In this document: positions 11,501 through 24,309 of the stretch, piece after piece | Layout of the letters: every line of letters begins with the position of its first letter | How positions within the stretch are numbered: position 1 is the stretch's first letter | Assembly: GCA_002633005.1 (NCBI GenBank) | Contig: NMRA01000129.1 | Span: 310,628-374,627 of the forward strand | Source of the DNA: Phoronis australis | Taxonomy: Eukaryota > Animalia > Phoronida | Direction of reading: 5' to 3' | Length of the DNA stretch: 64,000 nucleotides | Program-made: the position numbers and the translations under genes | Notes under the pieces: model-generated | What the model was told of the DNA's origin: nothing | The model's database searches: none | Seen by the model: the letters and a program-made list of their open reading frames with translations, nothing else

Positions 11501-13999
11501 TCCGTAATCATTTATGAAGCGCGGTTTAGCTCCGCTAGTTGAGCGTTAGCCTTTTATCAGGGGAGTTGCAAGTAATGGTTTGAATCAGCGCTGGAGATGA
11601 TCTTAGAATGTTACCTTTCTTGCCCATACTGTCTGCAATTATTCACAGTTTATAACAATTTTTATAATTTGGCCAATATACCTTTCTCAAAATTTAATAC
11701 TGTAGCACAAATCACACTTTTGCGTATTCTGTCCTAAATACCATGCGCTATACAACGGTAACTTTCCACAATATTATCAGGATTTACAACTTCAGGACCT
11801 CGACGTTATTTCGTCCAAAAGGCATGCATGCAATAATAAAACTGGAGAGCTAATTTTATTAATGAGTTATTGACAGGAAATGCAAAATCCTCGGCTCTGG
11901 TTCCAAGCGAATTCGAAACTGCCAATAGCCTGTGACGAATTAGAAATGCACTCGTGGTTGAAAATTTATCAACCAGGGCTATTTCTTGTTTTTGAAACGG
12001 TTTGTCCGATTTGCTGTGTTTTGTTTTCATTTGAAGTATTAATAAAAAGTGTGGAAGTTTTTATTAATGGTGCGTCAACAAAAAATGTTCTTTCACGTGT
12101 ATTTTTATAAAATGAAAACGTATTAGTGCTTCAATGATATGCTCTAGTAGTGAGTTGTACATTATTTCCTTAAATTTCTGTTTAAAATTGTCAGTTTGGG
12201 GATTATTTAACAAGTTTCATGTACTATGCGATAACGAAATTTCTGAAAAAATCATAGAAGATATGAAAAATTATAATGGGCCATCGATTTTTCTTTTTTC
12301 ATCGTAAAAAAATACCATCGGTGGATATTAAGAAAACTGTTTTAATGATAATCTTGCAAACGAATATTCTCGAAGCAATCATCTTACGAATTTTCAAGTC
12401 TGACTGTTTTAGTTCACAGCGATTTTAAACTTTCGTATTTTTCAGTTGGTTGCTCGCTTTTTACTGTACTGTGTGCTAATAATCCATATCAAATGTAGTA
12501 ATGGAACATTTCCTTCCTATTCAAATTGTCAATTAAGATTAATAAAATAACTCAAGTATATCGCATACATGTTGATGAAATTACAGAAATATTCGTATTT
12601 ATGAATTTATTTAATCGCTTTTAAAAGCTGGCCATTCCGTCCAAAATTGGGCCACTTTAATTTAGTTGGGCGTTTGCTTTCTATTTCTGTCGACGGTTGA
12701 AATCCTTGCTTTCTTTTCGAGAAACATTTTGACTCGTATCAGATGATTATTTGGCTTACTATGATTTTTACATTTCTACTGTTGAATAAGGGATTTCCGA
12801 AATGATAATTTAATTCTTTGGCTTGTGGGTTGCAACAATCTATTAGTAGTGAATGTAGCTTGCTTCCCAAAAGTGCTTGTAAATATTCTGCACAATTAAT
12901 GTTTAAACGCAAACACTGAGGGCGCTCTAAACTGAAAGTGAGACGCGTCGGTGGTTTGTGGTCGTCAAAAGCATCGTGACGTTTACTCTGCGTTGAAGAT
13001 AGTGTTACGTATGAGTAAAAGGGAAATTGTTTCAGTGGGAACTGTATGTGCATCTCCTACTCCAAGAATCGCAAAGTTTGTTTTTCAAGCAATAGTAATT
13101 GGGAAATACGCTACGGTTAACTCTAATTCAGAGCACAAATTTTCTTCGAACGCAATCAGTTGACGTGTAGGCATGAATCCATGATTTTCAGCGCAACAGT
13201 TGAACCCTGCATTTACGTGTACATTCGGTATTTTCCACTTTCACCAAAATGAAAATATTTCCGGTTAATAATGCTTTAGTTTAGGACTAACTTGTAACGC
13301 ATTGTCTCCTTCACCCGTAGTGATGGTTTATATTATAGAGCCACCGAGTTCATTTCAGTCGAATTTAGCTATTCTGACTTTCCTTAGTTTTGATTTCATT
13401 CCTGGCCTTGAAATGATGTGGATAAACCTGTATTGAGTGCTACCGCCGGAGTCAGTGGTCCCTGGGCTGTAGGAAAATAGTTTATTGGTAATTTCACCCT
13501 TGGCGGGTCATAGTGTCCATCAGTTCAAAATAGCAAAAATAGGAATGAGGGGGTTTATTAAAAATAACACTTGGCCTATGAACTCCATTCCGGTTTCAGT
13601 GTAGCCGTAGAAAAGTGTGACTTTCCCCTACTTCGCAACCCGATCTTTTGTGACACGTTTCAAAATTCAACCTAAGCAATGGACCTGGCCATTGAGATAA
13701 ACGGGATGTCCCAACGTAATAGACATTTATGTAGAGCTCAGTGTAAATGAACTGGGCAACGTTTTTATTAATGTTTATTACGCAAACTTCAATAGAATGA
13801 TTATACATAACCCAGAAAGCGCCAAGAGACATTATATTTGTGTTAAATAAATACAAAGAAATCTATAAACAATTATTATTCACAAATACATAAATTAAAA
13901 AAATGATGTTAAGATTACACTGACACAGGATTACGAATGTAAATAATTCATTATACGAATTAATTAATTACAATTCATTAATTTTATTTTCATACACAT

Positions 14000-14870
14000 G
14001 TACATATATACAATTCTATCTACTCACAAAAAGAGATTTAATGTATAAAGACATTTTGATACTATTTCGAATAAAACCTTATTTTCATTTGGGTTGAGTT
14101 CTTGACATCCATATAGAAAAAAAAATCATTTTGTTGTACAATTGCGGATATTCAGAATATTTTTTTTTGTAAACACTGGGGTATTGTTCGAATATCTGGA
14201 AAAGCTGTACCCTCTGCTCCTTGCATACCTCAGAAGCAAAGAAAACGTGAGCATTTGTCTGAGGGTCTCCACAGGAACGCATAGGTGAAATATTATTAAA
14301 ATTATGTCTTAATTTCTCGTTGTTTAGGAATAGACCGCATATTGATTTGTATAGGGTTATTTCGTGGAATAATGTCAGTGGGACTGGAAAGTTTTGAGTA
14401 GTGGAATGCATTTTAAAGTTATTTTTGAGAGTAACGATTGAAGTGTTTTCTTTTATTTTGGATGGTAAGGAATTCCAGTTGTCAATGCAAGATCTCCTGA
14501 AGGCTTGGCTGAGGGAAGATGGAATAGTGTGCATATTACTTTGCCGCAGTCCTAGTCTCGTGTTAAGTCTGAACTGCATAAGGGGCAACGTTGGACAAAC
14601 GAGAATACAACTTGACGCTCTAGATCTCGCAAGTCAGGAGCATCTTTTCGACTCCTGTCTCTTCATGCGTGGAGAAGAATTCTTCACATGATAGCGGATC
14701 TGAATCTCCGATCTAGTTAATAAAAGCAATCCATGAGTGATTGCCAGACTAGCTTACTTAAATTTTGGGCCAACATAATAGATTGCTAAATTTCATAATA
14801 TTGTATCACACAAAGCCGCATCAACTTGATTTCTTACAAAAAAAACACATTTATTTCTATTGTAAGTGTT
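14000..14870 (-). mobile_element. Degenerate CR1/L2-type LINE, C-terminal part of ORF2
   Basis: ORF 14085-14588 contains FRRSCIDNWNSLPSKIKENTSIVTLKNNFK (WNSLP motif of CR1/L2 ORF2 ends) and SCGDPQTNAHVFF. Upstream LSKLVWQSL resembles the LGWxSL motif. Stops and frameshifts are present. Boundaries approximate. Confidence 0.7.
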
Positions 14871-14875
14871 TACTG

Positions 14876-15100
14876 ATTACTATCACCACCGCCGCCTCCC
14901 GCCGCCGCCGCCAATATAATGTCACAGCCACCCCCACTACTACTACTCTTACTACCACTACGAATACCTTTACCACTATCACTATTTTTTACCAATACCA
15001 CTACCACTACCACTACCACTTCAATTACTACTACCATTACCTTTACCGCTACCACTAGTACCACCACCATCACCGCCATCACCACCACCACCCCTACTAC
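14876..15100. repeat. (ACC/ACT)n low-complexity trinucleotide tract
   Basis: Degenerate ACC/ACT/GCC triplet run that produces spurious poly-T and poly-V ORFs. Confidence 0.9.
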
Positions 15101-15964
15101 GGCTGTATATTAGTAGTCTACTAGCTAACATTAAATTAAATGTTTAATGTAGAACAGGTTATACATTGTAGGACAATTTACATTAAAATGTTGAAAATTA
15201 TAAGAAAAAATGTAACAAAATGAAAATGACCAATGGAGTAAAACATCTCTGAGGAGAAAAACACCTGCCATCGTTTGCAGGGCCCAAATCGAAATCGAGT
15301 CTCATGTAAACCCATAGTATACCAGCCGACACCACAAATGTTTACTTTGAGTTCCCCTAAAAATAAAAGTTGGACATTTGCGGTTGGATATTTTTATGTG
15401 TGGTTTGCAAGAAAAGAATAAGGAAGAAACTAACGGCCCAATTACGGCATTCTCGCACTGAGAAATTGTGTGCTCAGTCACGTTTTTACCCGAGATCATG
15501 AACTGTTATAAACATGACAGATAATTGTCTGTGGTCTAACTTTAAGTACATTTACCTCGGTAGGGCTCAGTTTGGATGTCTCCCAACATACTGTCAGAGG
15601 TTAGTATATGACCTGAAGCTGATACATGTATGTGGTCTACTCTGAGATCACTTAGTCCTCACGAACTATAAGCGGTTTGAGTTCAGTGTCTTCAGTATCG
15701 GTGCTAAGTGGTGACTAGAAGCGTCCTCATTTCAATTAATTACTGCTCTTCGACTTGAACTAAGAATCTATCGATGTATGCATGCATGCAGGGCGTGGGT
15801 TTTTGAAAACTACACACTGTTGCAATATCAAATACTAAGAGTTGAATTTCGCCCTGTTTTACTGGCTAAAAACGGAAATGGAATTAAGCCCATTACTGTC
15901 AAATAATCGGTCTCATAATATTCCTTACCGTGATAGGATTCTATTTCCGTTATCGGCTCAAGTT

Positions 15965-16225
15965 CATGGGTGCACCCAGAACTAAAAATGGGGGGCTCGA
16001 ATCAAGTTGTTGAGAAGGTGAAGCTTTTACTAAGATTCAGGGAGTACGGTTGGAGCTATGAAGTGTGCATTCGACGAATGTTGTTAGTTTCTACAATTTT
16101 AGTGGACTTTTGTCTGGTTTTGTACTTTTTCCGGCGCTTTGTTTCTCTGAGGCGGACCTTTTTACCCACACTTTTCCACATGGGAGGAGCTCGTTCGAGC
16201 CCCCCTCCCCCGAGGTGCGCGCATG
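15965..16225. mobile_element. MITE with 5-bp TSD (AAGTT)
   Basis: Imperfect TIRs CATGGGTGCACC / GGTGCGCGCATG. AAGTT at 15960-15964 and 16226-16230. Related fragments at about 2720-2840 and 19300-19435. Confidence 0.75.
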
Positions 16226-16764
16226 AAGTTACAAGCAATGCGAGATGTGTCATTTTTAATGACATTAGGGTTGGTCACGGTGAGCCAAATTGATAGCTCC
16301 GTCGAAGTTCTGTTGGGTCGCTGATAGTTTAGACGTTCTTCTTGGCAACGGAAATGGAATCTTACGGAATATTACGATGCCGATTTTATGAGAGTATAAA
16401 GCTAAATTGGATTTTTAGCCAGCAAAGCAGGGTGACATACAATTTTAACTGTTGTTGCCTTACAAGATGTTTTTAGTTAGGACCCTCTTACAAGTAGTCT
16501 AACCTTATGTCTATGCTACATGTAAACTAATGATGCTCGTATTTAGGCCCAAGTGCCTGTATCCGAAATAATGAGTTTTCTAAAGATATTCATTTACTCA
16601 AGTAAACACATAAATAGTTACGTGCGCTCAAAGTTCGCTCGTGACTGCGCCGGGTGTCCTTGTCGCGGGAACACCACGTTGACCGCGACTAAAAGCACAA
16701 TGTTACCCTTGCGAAGTATGTGCACGACTCGCTTTGACTACGCATTTCCTACTTTGTAACGCAG

Positions 16765-17648
16765 ATAAATATAGATTATTGCATGGCTAAGTCGTTATCC
16801 CCCGTTATCTAGAGGCCGAGTGGATTTTGGAGAATTATCACCCGAGGGGCGTTAGCCCCGTGTGAGGGTGATAATTCTCCAAATCTACGAGGGCTCTAGA
16901 TAAGGGAGATAACGGCTGAGAACATGTAATAATCTATTTATACCACATACTAAACGAGAAACATTGCAATGAATAGATTTACCTTTTCCGACTCTCCACG
17001 GCTTTGTAACTACTTTCTATGTCAGAGGCCCAGGATCGGAGGTCGAGACCTTTTAAGAAAAGCCGGGCTATTTTTGTCAAATAATGCTTTTACTCAAAAC
17101 CAATTGAAAACTTAGATATAATAGAAATAAAGTGAATTGATAAATTAAGGTTTACCAACTATTATAGCTTAAAACACGTTTTTTTTTCACGCTAAGCTTC
17201 GACCGGGAAATTATCGTCTGCTAAAGTAGGTTACAACTGGTAACTGAATATAATTATCAAGTCAATGATCCTGACGACACGATACCCGCATTCGAAGTGG
17301 AGATCGGTGATTTACAAGTAAGAGGACATGAGAGAAAAATTTCACTAAACTAAGATATCATTTTTATGGAAATTATGTGTCTTGTTTTTCGTAGCGTATA
17401 AGTACAGTACAATGCGGTTTGTTGAACATGGGATTATTGCGCGTGCTCAATTAAGTAATATCTATTTTCACTCTTGATGACGTCCGTCGTTGCATGGTGT
17501 AGTGGTAAAGTCGGCGACCAGCAATTTCCAGGGTCCCGGGTTCGACTCCGTCCTCGGTTTCCCGCCAAAATGTTATCTCACAAGTGAGATAACTTTATGG
17601 GTTATTACACGGTTGTATCTGCCATTCGAGGCTAATATTGTGGTATAA
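16765..17648 (+). mobile_element. Apparently complete non-autonomous hairpin DNA element with an internal tRNA-like module (possibly Crypton/tyrosine-recombinase type)
   Basis: Bounded by ATAA direct repeats. 5' imperfect palindrome of about 170 nt. High similarity to 5697-6418. 3' end tgggttattacacggttgtat...tgtggtataa also occurs at 5143-5192 and 5651-5700. Confidence 0.8.
17488..17560 (+). pseudogene. tRNA-derived sequence inside the hairpin element
   Basis: A-box TGGTGTAGTGG (17495-17505) and B-box GGTTCGACTCC (17539-17549) at tRNA-like spacing. Acceptor and anticodon stems do not pair well, so not a functional tRNA. Confidence 0.65.
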
Positions 17649-18819
17649 GATCGCGTTGTGTCAGGTTCGTCTGTGAAGTTTAATGTCCTTAGTAGGAATA
17701 ACTTGTGTAACTAAATGCTGCAAAGTCGGCTTTACCTTGTGTTCATATTCTTAAGGGATGGGCTAAGACCCGAAATGAAGGAAATTAAATATTTAGAATG
17801 TTTAATTAACCTCCTCAGTAAAACCGGTGAACATACAAAAAGAAAATTCAACCGAAGGACAAACTATTTGAATTTACCTATACATGTACATACACTACGC
17901 CTAGGCTTAGATTTGCACGACAATATTGCACGAGACAAAAAGCTGAAAATATTCTGAAAAATTTGAATGCCCCTGTATCCTGAGCCTCGATTTCCAATAT
18001 GTGTTTTCTCAAATTGTTCACGTAAAGCCTGATACAGGCGCAGCTTGAAATACGCGCAAATAGATGCGGTACATTCTTATTCACTTTACAACGGGGGCCA
18101 CAAGTTCATCAGCGTATTTGTTTACTACCCTTCTGAATTAACAAATGTGAAAACAAGACATTAGATAACTCACACACATATTTCACATAAGCTTTTCCTA
18201 TTCAGTATTATGTGGTGAATAACCAGCGTGAACTTTATGAACGCTTGACCAGCAATACGTACGGCTAAGCTAGACGTTCCTTTTTGTTTATGTTTCAAGT
18301 GTGAATAATTAGACCGCAATTTGTACTTGTCGGTTTTGTGCTAATGTTTACCTCTTTTATTATAGCTGTTTATTGTGCATTATGAGTAATAACATGAATG
18401 GTTGTTTTCTTTCTGTAACCCATTGAGCAAACATATTTGTGCCGCTTGATGGTGTCCATACAACACCTCCATGTATAGTAAATGCGGTACCTGGGAAGTT
18501 CTGTTAATAAGCCTCTTCTTCGCGTCCGCTTAGAGAATGTCACTTATTGTGTTTTCTGGAACCTCAGAAACTTATTTAGATGTAGTTTGTAAAATCCAAC
18601 GTATAGATGACAAGTCGGCATGGAGTCTGTATGTGAATTAATGGAAGGTCCAAAAGTGGTAAAACTTTCCCCTGTCGATTTGAGGAGTCATACAAACTCT
18701 TAAAAGGTTTTTGAATTGTGTTGGAATTATGGGCGAGGGTGTAGTGGGGGCGTCACGGTAGACCCACGCAGAAAAGTACATCACCATTTTCTTTTCCGCT
18801 GTAGCGTTTACGTAATGGG

Positions 18820-18880
18820 GCGTAGACGCACGTAGACACACGTAGACACACGTAGACACTCGTAGACACACGTAGACACA
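18820..18880. repeat. 10-bp minisatellite (CGTAGACACA)n
   Basis: About 6 tandem copies visible. Confidence 0.9.
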
Positions 18881-20064
18881 GTACATTAAGATAATCGTTG
18901 TTAGCGTGTTCTCTACAATATTGGCATTAACCGCTCATCTGGCAAACGTTAATGGCGACGCTAAGTTGTCACCGTCACGGTGGAAGTCCGGACCTGTCCA
19001 CTGAAAATTTCGGTGCGACCGCCGGGCTTGCTTCTGTGTGGTAGGAATGTTGAGCGCTATTTGACACTACTGATAACATGTGGTCGTTGAATTATGTTTA
19101 GACTAATTTGAGATCATTATACAACCTCGATATACAATAACTGACAAGAAATGTATCCCTATCAATGTCGTTCACATTTCCATACACTGTATGGTTTGAT
19201 GTGAAGCTTGTTATCAGTAAAAGGAGTCCAAAAGTAAGCCTGGTTCATGCCCGCATCCAGTGTCACTAGATTCAGGCCCACGTACAGTGCATCCGCACCC
19301 ACTTCCCATGGATTTTGTGGACTTTTGTCTCGTTTACTAGGACTTTTTTGTTTCACTGAGGCGGCCCTTTTTGCCCAATTCGCCAAATTGAGGGACTTGT
19401 TCGAGCCCCCCCCCAACCCCCTTGGGTGCGCCCCTGTGGTTAATATTTTTATTAAAGACGTGGAATAGATATCGTACCCAGTAATGTGACGAAGCACAAG
19501 AATGCACTCCTAAGACGCACGCATAACCGCCTTGTGATAAAACACAAATAAAACGTGTCAACAGGTATAACGTGCTTGCGTAGAGAGCAGACAGAAAGAA
19601 TTATTGAAAAAAATGAAAAGGAAGCAAAGACAACCAATTATATAAAAAGGGGTGCACGAACGTGGAATTTATGGGTAGGAGAAAAGGGGGAGGGTAAAGG
19701 TAGGATTGAAAACAATGTACAAGTCAAATAAAAATCCACGCACTGGTGTCTCAAAATAAAACATGCGTGTCCCACATTTTACGTTGGGCTTCGGGCGAAT
19801 GCATACCTCTAAGTTTGCCACTACTGCAGCACTGATTATTCAGCCAGATTGTCCCAAAACATATTCAAACTTCAAATGACAATCACCGGGTTATTTATTG
19901 ACTTAAGAAGAAGATAATTGGTTTAAATTCATAAAGAAATATTGAAAGTAAAGTCTTTAAACCAAAATAAATGCATAGTTTAGTAACTCGGGAGAACGAT
20001 TACTTGTCTGCACATCCAGCTTCGAGTAGTATTTTCGTTCTCCAAAACCGAGTTTGCTTGCTAT

Positions 20065-20210
20065 TCACGTGCATACAGAGCACGTGAGGACGCACGTGCC
20101 AACTTTCCCCATCAAGGTGCAGCCATACAGTAGACCCATGTGCACAATCTGATCCACAGGAACTGAATTTGAACTGCCAGCGTTGCACTGAACTGCGAGA
20201 ACATTACACC
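20065..20210 (-). CDS. Candidate terminal exon encoding a 6-Cys ShKT-like domain
   Basis: AG|GG then CNVLAVQC-x21-CTLMGKVGTCVLTCSVCT*. The C-x8-C-xxT-C-x2-C end fits ShKT. AATAAA on - at 19894-19899. The acceptor is purine-rich and weak, and no dedicated upstream exon was found. Confidence 0.3.
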
Positions 20211-21091
20211 CTGTGTATTTTTATCGTGAACGGCCAAATCATTTGTTTCTTTTGATCTATTTTCGATTCTGTAAGCTGTTCTTTTCAATAGAAGCTATGG
20301 ATACAGTACAGGGCTTTTCTGAGACCACCCTCCGCACGGATTTGAATCTGCAACCCCGCAGTCGCTCTATTGGAGGCCCATAGAGAATTTGCAATAAACG
20401 CTCTTTTGTTTGCAAAATATATGTCTTTATTATTCTAAAATGTGTGTTTTATAACGTACTTAGCATCCTCTAATTAATTACAGAATAAATTGTGTCATCT
20501 ACACACTTCGTCGTCTGCCACAAGCTGAATTTTTACCTATGAGTGACGTCAACAGAGGGCTCTCACTGTAGTGAGTGATCAGCTGGTCAGGCGGATTTTG
20601 AATCTCGGTAATAAAAGTTCGAGGTGGAAAAAGTCAGAAAAAGTGACCAACTCGATAATTGACAGTGTATTTTAGCGTATTGAAGTGGTAGAGTAACTGA
20701 CCTTGATTTCAGCTAATGGCTGGCAGACAACAGTAAGAATTGGCGATTTGTAATCGAATTACGGAAACACAACGGATGTGTTGTTTTGTAGCTCCCGTCA
20801 AAGCTAATAATTTCAAGAAGTCTATTTTATCCAACAATGATCACAAATATGCTTTTTTCAGTGGCAGAACCGGTAATATCTCTTTAAAGTTCTCCTGCAG
20901 GACAACAGATGACAACGGTACTCCCTGTCCACTTGGTTTTAAGACGTGAAATTGGGAAATATGCTAATTAAGCTCACCTAACCGGACTTTAAAGTTATCC
21001 CCATAAAATAACCGGCACGACATTCAGTTGGAGGCTCATAAAATTACGTCTGTTTCCATAGTGGAGGTCATTTTTCTTTTGATATCTCAAA

Positions 21092-21243
21092 CATGGGCGG
21101 CGCAGCACTGAAAAAAGTGGGGCGGGCTAAAGCTCCCTCAGCCCTCCCCCCCTGTGGTGCACCGCCCATAGACCATGTGCGGCTTAGCACTGAAAAAAGT
21201 GGGGGGTCTATAGCCCCCAGCCCCCTATGTTGTGCCGCCCATG
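21092..21243. mobile_element. Tandem pair of mini-MITEs with 5-bp TSD (TCAAA)
   Basis: TIRs CATGGGCGGCGCAGCA / TGTTGTGCCGCCCATG. TCAAA at 21087-21091 and 21244-21248. Two about 75-nt units inside. Confidence 0.75.
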
Positions 21244-21309
21244 TCAAACCAATGTAGTTTGTGAAAGTCTAAAATTCCCTTGTTTAAGCGGGCACATTTT
21301 CATGAAATT

Positions 21310-23164
21310 TGATTGACTTTTAAATTTGGCAAATTCTGCAAATGAGACCTGGAAAAGAAAGACTGAATTGAAGCTGTCGGTTAAAGTTTGGAAGAGGCGG
21401 TCAGCCCTTTGATTTTCTGAAGCGTCGCGACTCCTATATGTAAATGCTATGTAGTACTAAAAATACCGAGGCAAGTTTTTTTTGAAGTAAATTTTTCGTG
21501 TTTTTGCACAGCTCAAAAGAAGGAAATCCTGCTTAAATATTTAAAGCGGATGTAAAACGGCGCCTCCCCTTACAAAAAAAAAAAAAAAACAATTTTGACT
21601 TAGACCTAAACTCATTGGTTTAAACTTGTTCCTTAGTAAACTCAGGATTTCGAAAGAACTGGCAGTTTATTATTGCTTGTCCGCTTGTCAAGACGATCCA
21701 TTTTTGCGTCGAGCATGGTCTCAACGAAAAACAGCGCCAGTTCTTTGCAAACCCAGAGTTCTCCTCTGAGTAAAGAACAAGTTGACACCAATTGCATTAG
21801 TTTTCTATGTCAAAAGTTAGCTTCTCGCACGGAACGCGGGTTTGTAACAAAATGGATATCCGAGGAACGTTCGAGAAGTCTTGTACAGTTGCTTATGAAC
21901 AGTACTAACTGAAATGATCCCAATCTTGGACTGGAAGAATATAGTGAACAATTTACGGTGTACTATATAAATAAAAATCGTCTTGGTGTGTAAAATTTGT
22001 TTTATTTTAGAACTTGATTCACCGATGTTTTATAAAATAACTTAACAGAAACAAAGATCACCGAATTGAAACAAAGACTTGCTTACATGACCGGTAACTG
22101 TCGAACATAAAGAAAAGTAGGCAACATAAAAGTAATAAATAAAAAAGTATAAAAATTTATCACGGATGAAACGAGATCGTGCTTGCAAAGACGTTTTATT
22201 GGTCGAAGTGATGGGCCTTGTACTTTCTGGCGGGTCGTCNTGATTGACTTTTAAATTTGGCAAATTCTGCAAATGAGACCTGGAAAAGAAAGACTGAATT
22301 GAAGCTGTCGGTTAAAGTTTGGAAGAGGCGGTCAGCCCTTTGATTTCTGAAGCGTCGCGACTCCTATATGTAAATGCTATGTAGTACTAAAAATACCGAG
22401 GCAAGTTTTTTTGAAGTAAATTTTTCGTGTTTTTGCACAGTTCAAAAGAGGGAAATCCTGCTTAAATATTTAAAGCGGATGTAAAACGGCGCCTCCCCTT
22501 ACAAAAAAAAAAAACAATTTTGACTTAGACCTAACCTCATTGGTTTAAACTTGTTCCTTAGTAAACTCAAGATTTCGAAAGAACTGGCAGTTTATTATTG
22601 CTTGTCCGCTTGTCAAGACGATCCATTTTTGCGTCGAGCATGGTCTCAACGAAAAACAGCGCCAGTTCTTTGCAAACCCAGAGTTCTCCTCTGAGTAAAG
22701 AACAAGTTGACACCAATTGTATTAGTTTTCTAAGTCAAAAGTTAGCTTCTCGCACGGAACGCGGGTTTGTAACAAAATGGATATCCGAGGAGCGTTCGAG
22801 AAGTCTTGTACAGTTGCTTATGAACAGTACTAACTGAAATGATCCCAATCTTGGACTGGAAGAATATAGTGAACAATTTACGGTGTACTATATAAATAAA
22901 AATCGTCTTGGTGTGTAAAATTTGTTTTATTTTAGAACTTGATTCACCGATGTTTTATAAAATAACTTAACAGAAACAAAGATCACCGAATTGAAACAAA
23001 GACTTGCTTACATGACCGGTAACTGTCGAACATAAAGAAAAGTAGGCAACATAAAAGTAATAAATAAAAAAGTATAAAAATTTATCACGGATGAAACGAG
23101 ATCGTGCTTGCAAAGACGTTTTATTGGTCGAAGTGATGGGCCTTGTACTTTCTGGCGGGTCGTC
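21310..23164. repeat. About 925-bp direct duplication across a single n (probable uncollapsed haplotype overlap)
   Basis: 21310-22239 is near-identical to 22241-23164, with n at 22240. Confidence 0.85.
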
Positions 23165-23323
23165 GTCGGCGCAGAGGTTGGCAGTAACGATCGTTTGGAT
23201 GTCGGTTACAGTATCTAATAAGAGCGTGCGACAGGAAGCTTCCAACTGACCGTACGCGACGGCTCCTATGAGTGGAAGAGTTTGGGTCTGCCATCTGTAC
23301 GTCTCGCTCTCTTGACGTGTAAT
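23121..23323 (-). CDS. Secreted prepropeptide gene B, last coding exon (RRVR site, mature SVGSFLSHALIRYCNRHPNDRYCQPL-RRRR-PARKYKAHHFDQ)
   Basis: Acceptor ctttcttcatcaattacAG (23324-23325), phase 1, open to TAA at 23121-23123. Homologous to exon 3776-3963. Confidence 0.85.
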
Positions 23324-24309
23324 CTGTAATTGATGAAGAAAGAGGTTTTTATTTTGGCAAATTCATTTGTAAGGAAAAATCGACGTAGTAGTACCGAAAT
23401 AAGTATCCCTACCCGCGACGTGAAAATAAGCACGGTTCCCGTAGACTCCCTACAAAGGAGCCGATGTGCGGAATATTGTTTATCAATACGGATGGGCACA
23501 CAGGTGAACACGACCTCGCCTTCGATTCCTTTGCGAGGTTCATTTTCACGTTGAGGGTTTTGTATCAAAAGCCGCTGTGAGCAATTGTCTAGAAACCTAG
23601 TGCTCTTCCGTAGACGCGATACAATATAACGAAAACCCAAGGACATGTCTTCGCGAGCTTTCGGCATGCTTTACAAGATTTTTGCGTCAACGCAACTCAG
23701 GCGTGGACTGCTTCCGCTGGGAATGTTATTAGGAGAAAAGCGAGATCACGCAAGTCTACGAGATATTAAAAAATACGCACGTGCTCTCACGTAGTGCAAG
23801 TTTCGACGCAATTATACGTGAGACATCGACGACATAGGCGGATCCAGGATTGGAGTCTAGAGAGTCCGAATCCCCTTTTTAGCTAAATCGGCAAACAAAA
23901 ACCACGGGAAAATAGAAGATTTCTATTTTTCATTTTTCTGGGAGCCCGAGCCTAAATTTCATAACCTACACATTGCTTGTAATATAGAAGTATATTCAAA
24001 AACCTATTGTTTTACTCGGACGCCCCGTTTCCTAGAAAGCTGCATCCGCCCGGGCAAACATTACAAGCGAAATACGGTGTTATTACATAGCTTTCACACG
24101 CGACTGTCTTGCGCTGCGAAACGAGTCCCCGATTCCTTTAGTAGGCGCATGCGTGTTTTCGAGTGAAGCTGCGCCATTGCATACAAAATGCTAAATTAAA
24201 TAGAAAACTCGAGTTATTTTTACCGACCGTCTCACCACGTACAAATTGGTTTTATTTACTCTTGAACAATGCACACAGTAGGCTAATGAAAAAAATGCAC
24301 AATACAAAC

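Noticed and set aside
21310-23164. Apparent third partial copy of peptide gene B's 3' end and duplicated ORFs 21673/22598
   Set aside because: Near-identical copies abut a single n, the pattern of uncollapsed haplotype overlap. The same pattern occurs at 49568 and probably 5649.
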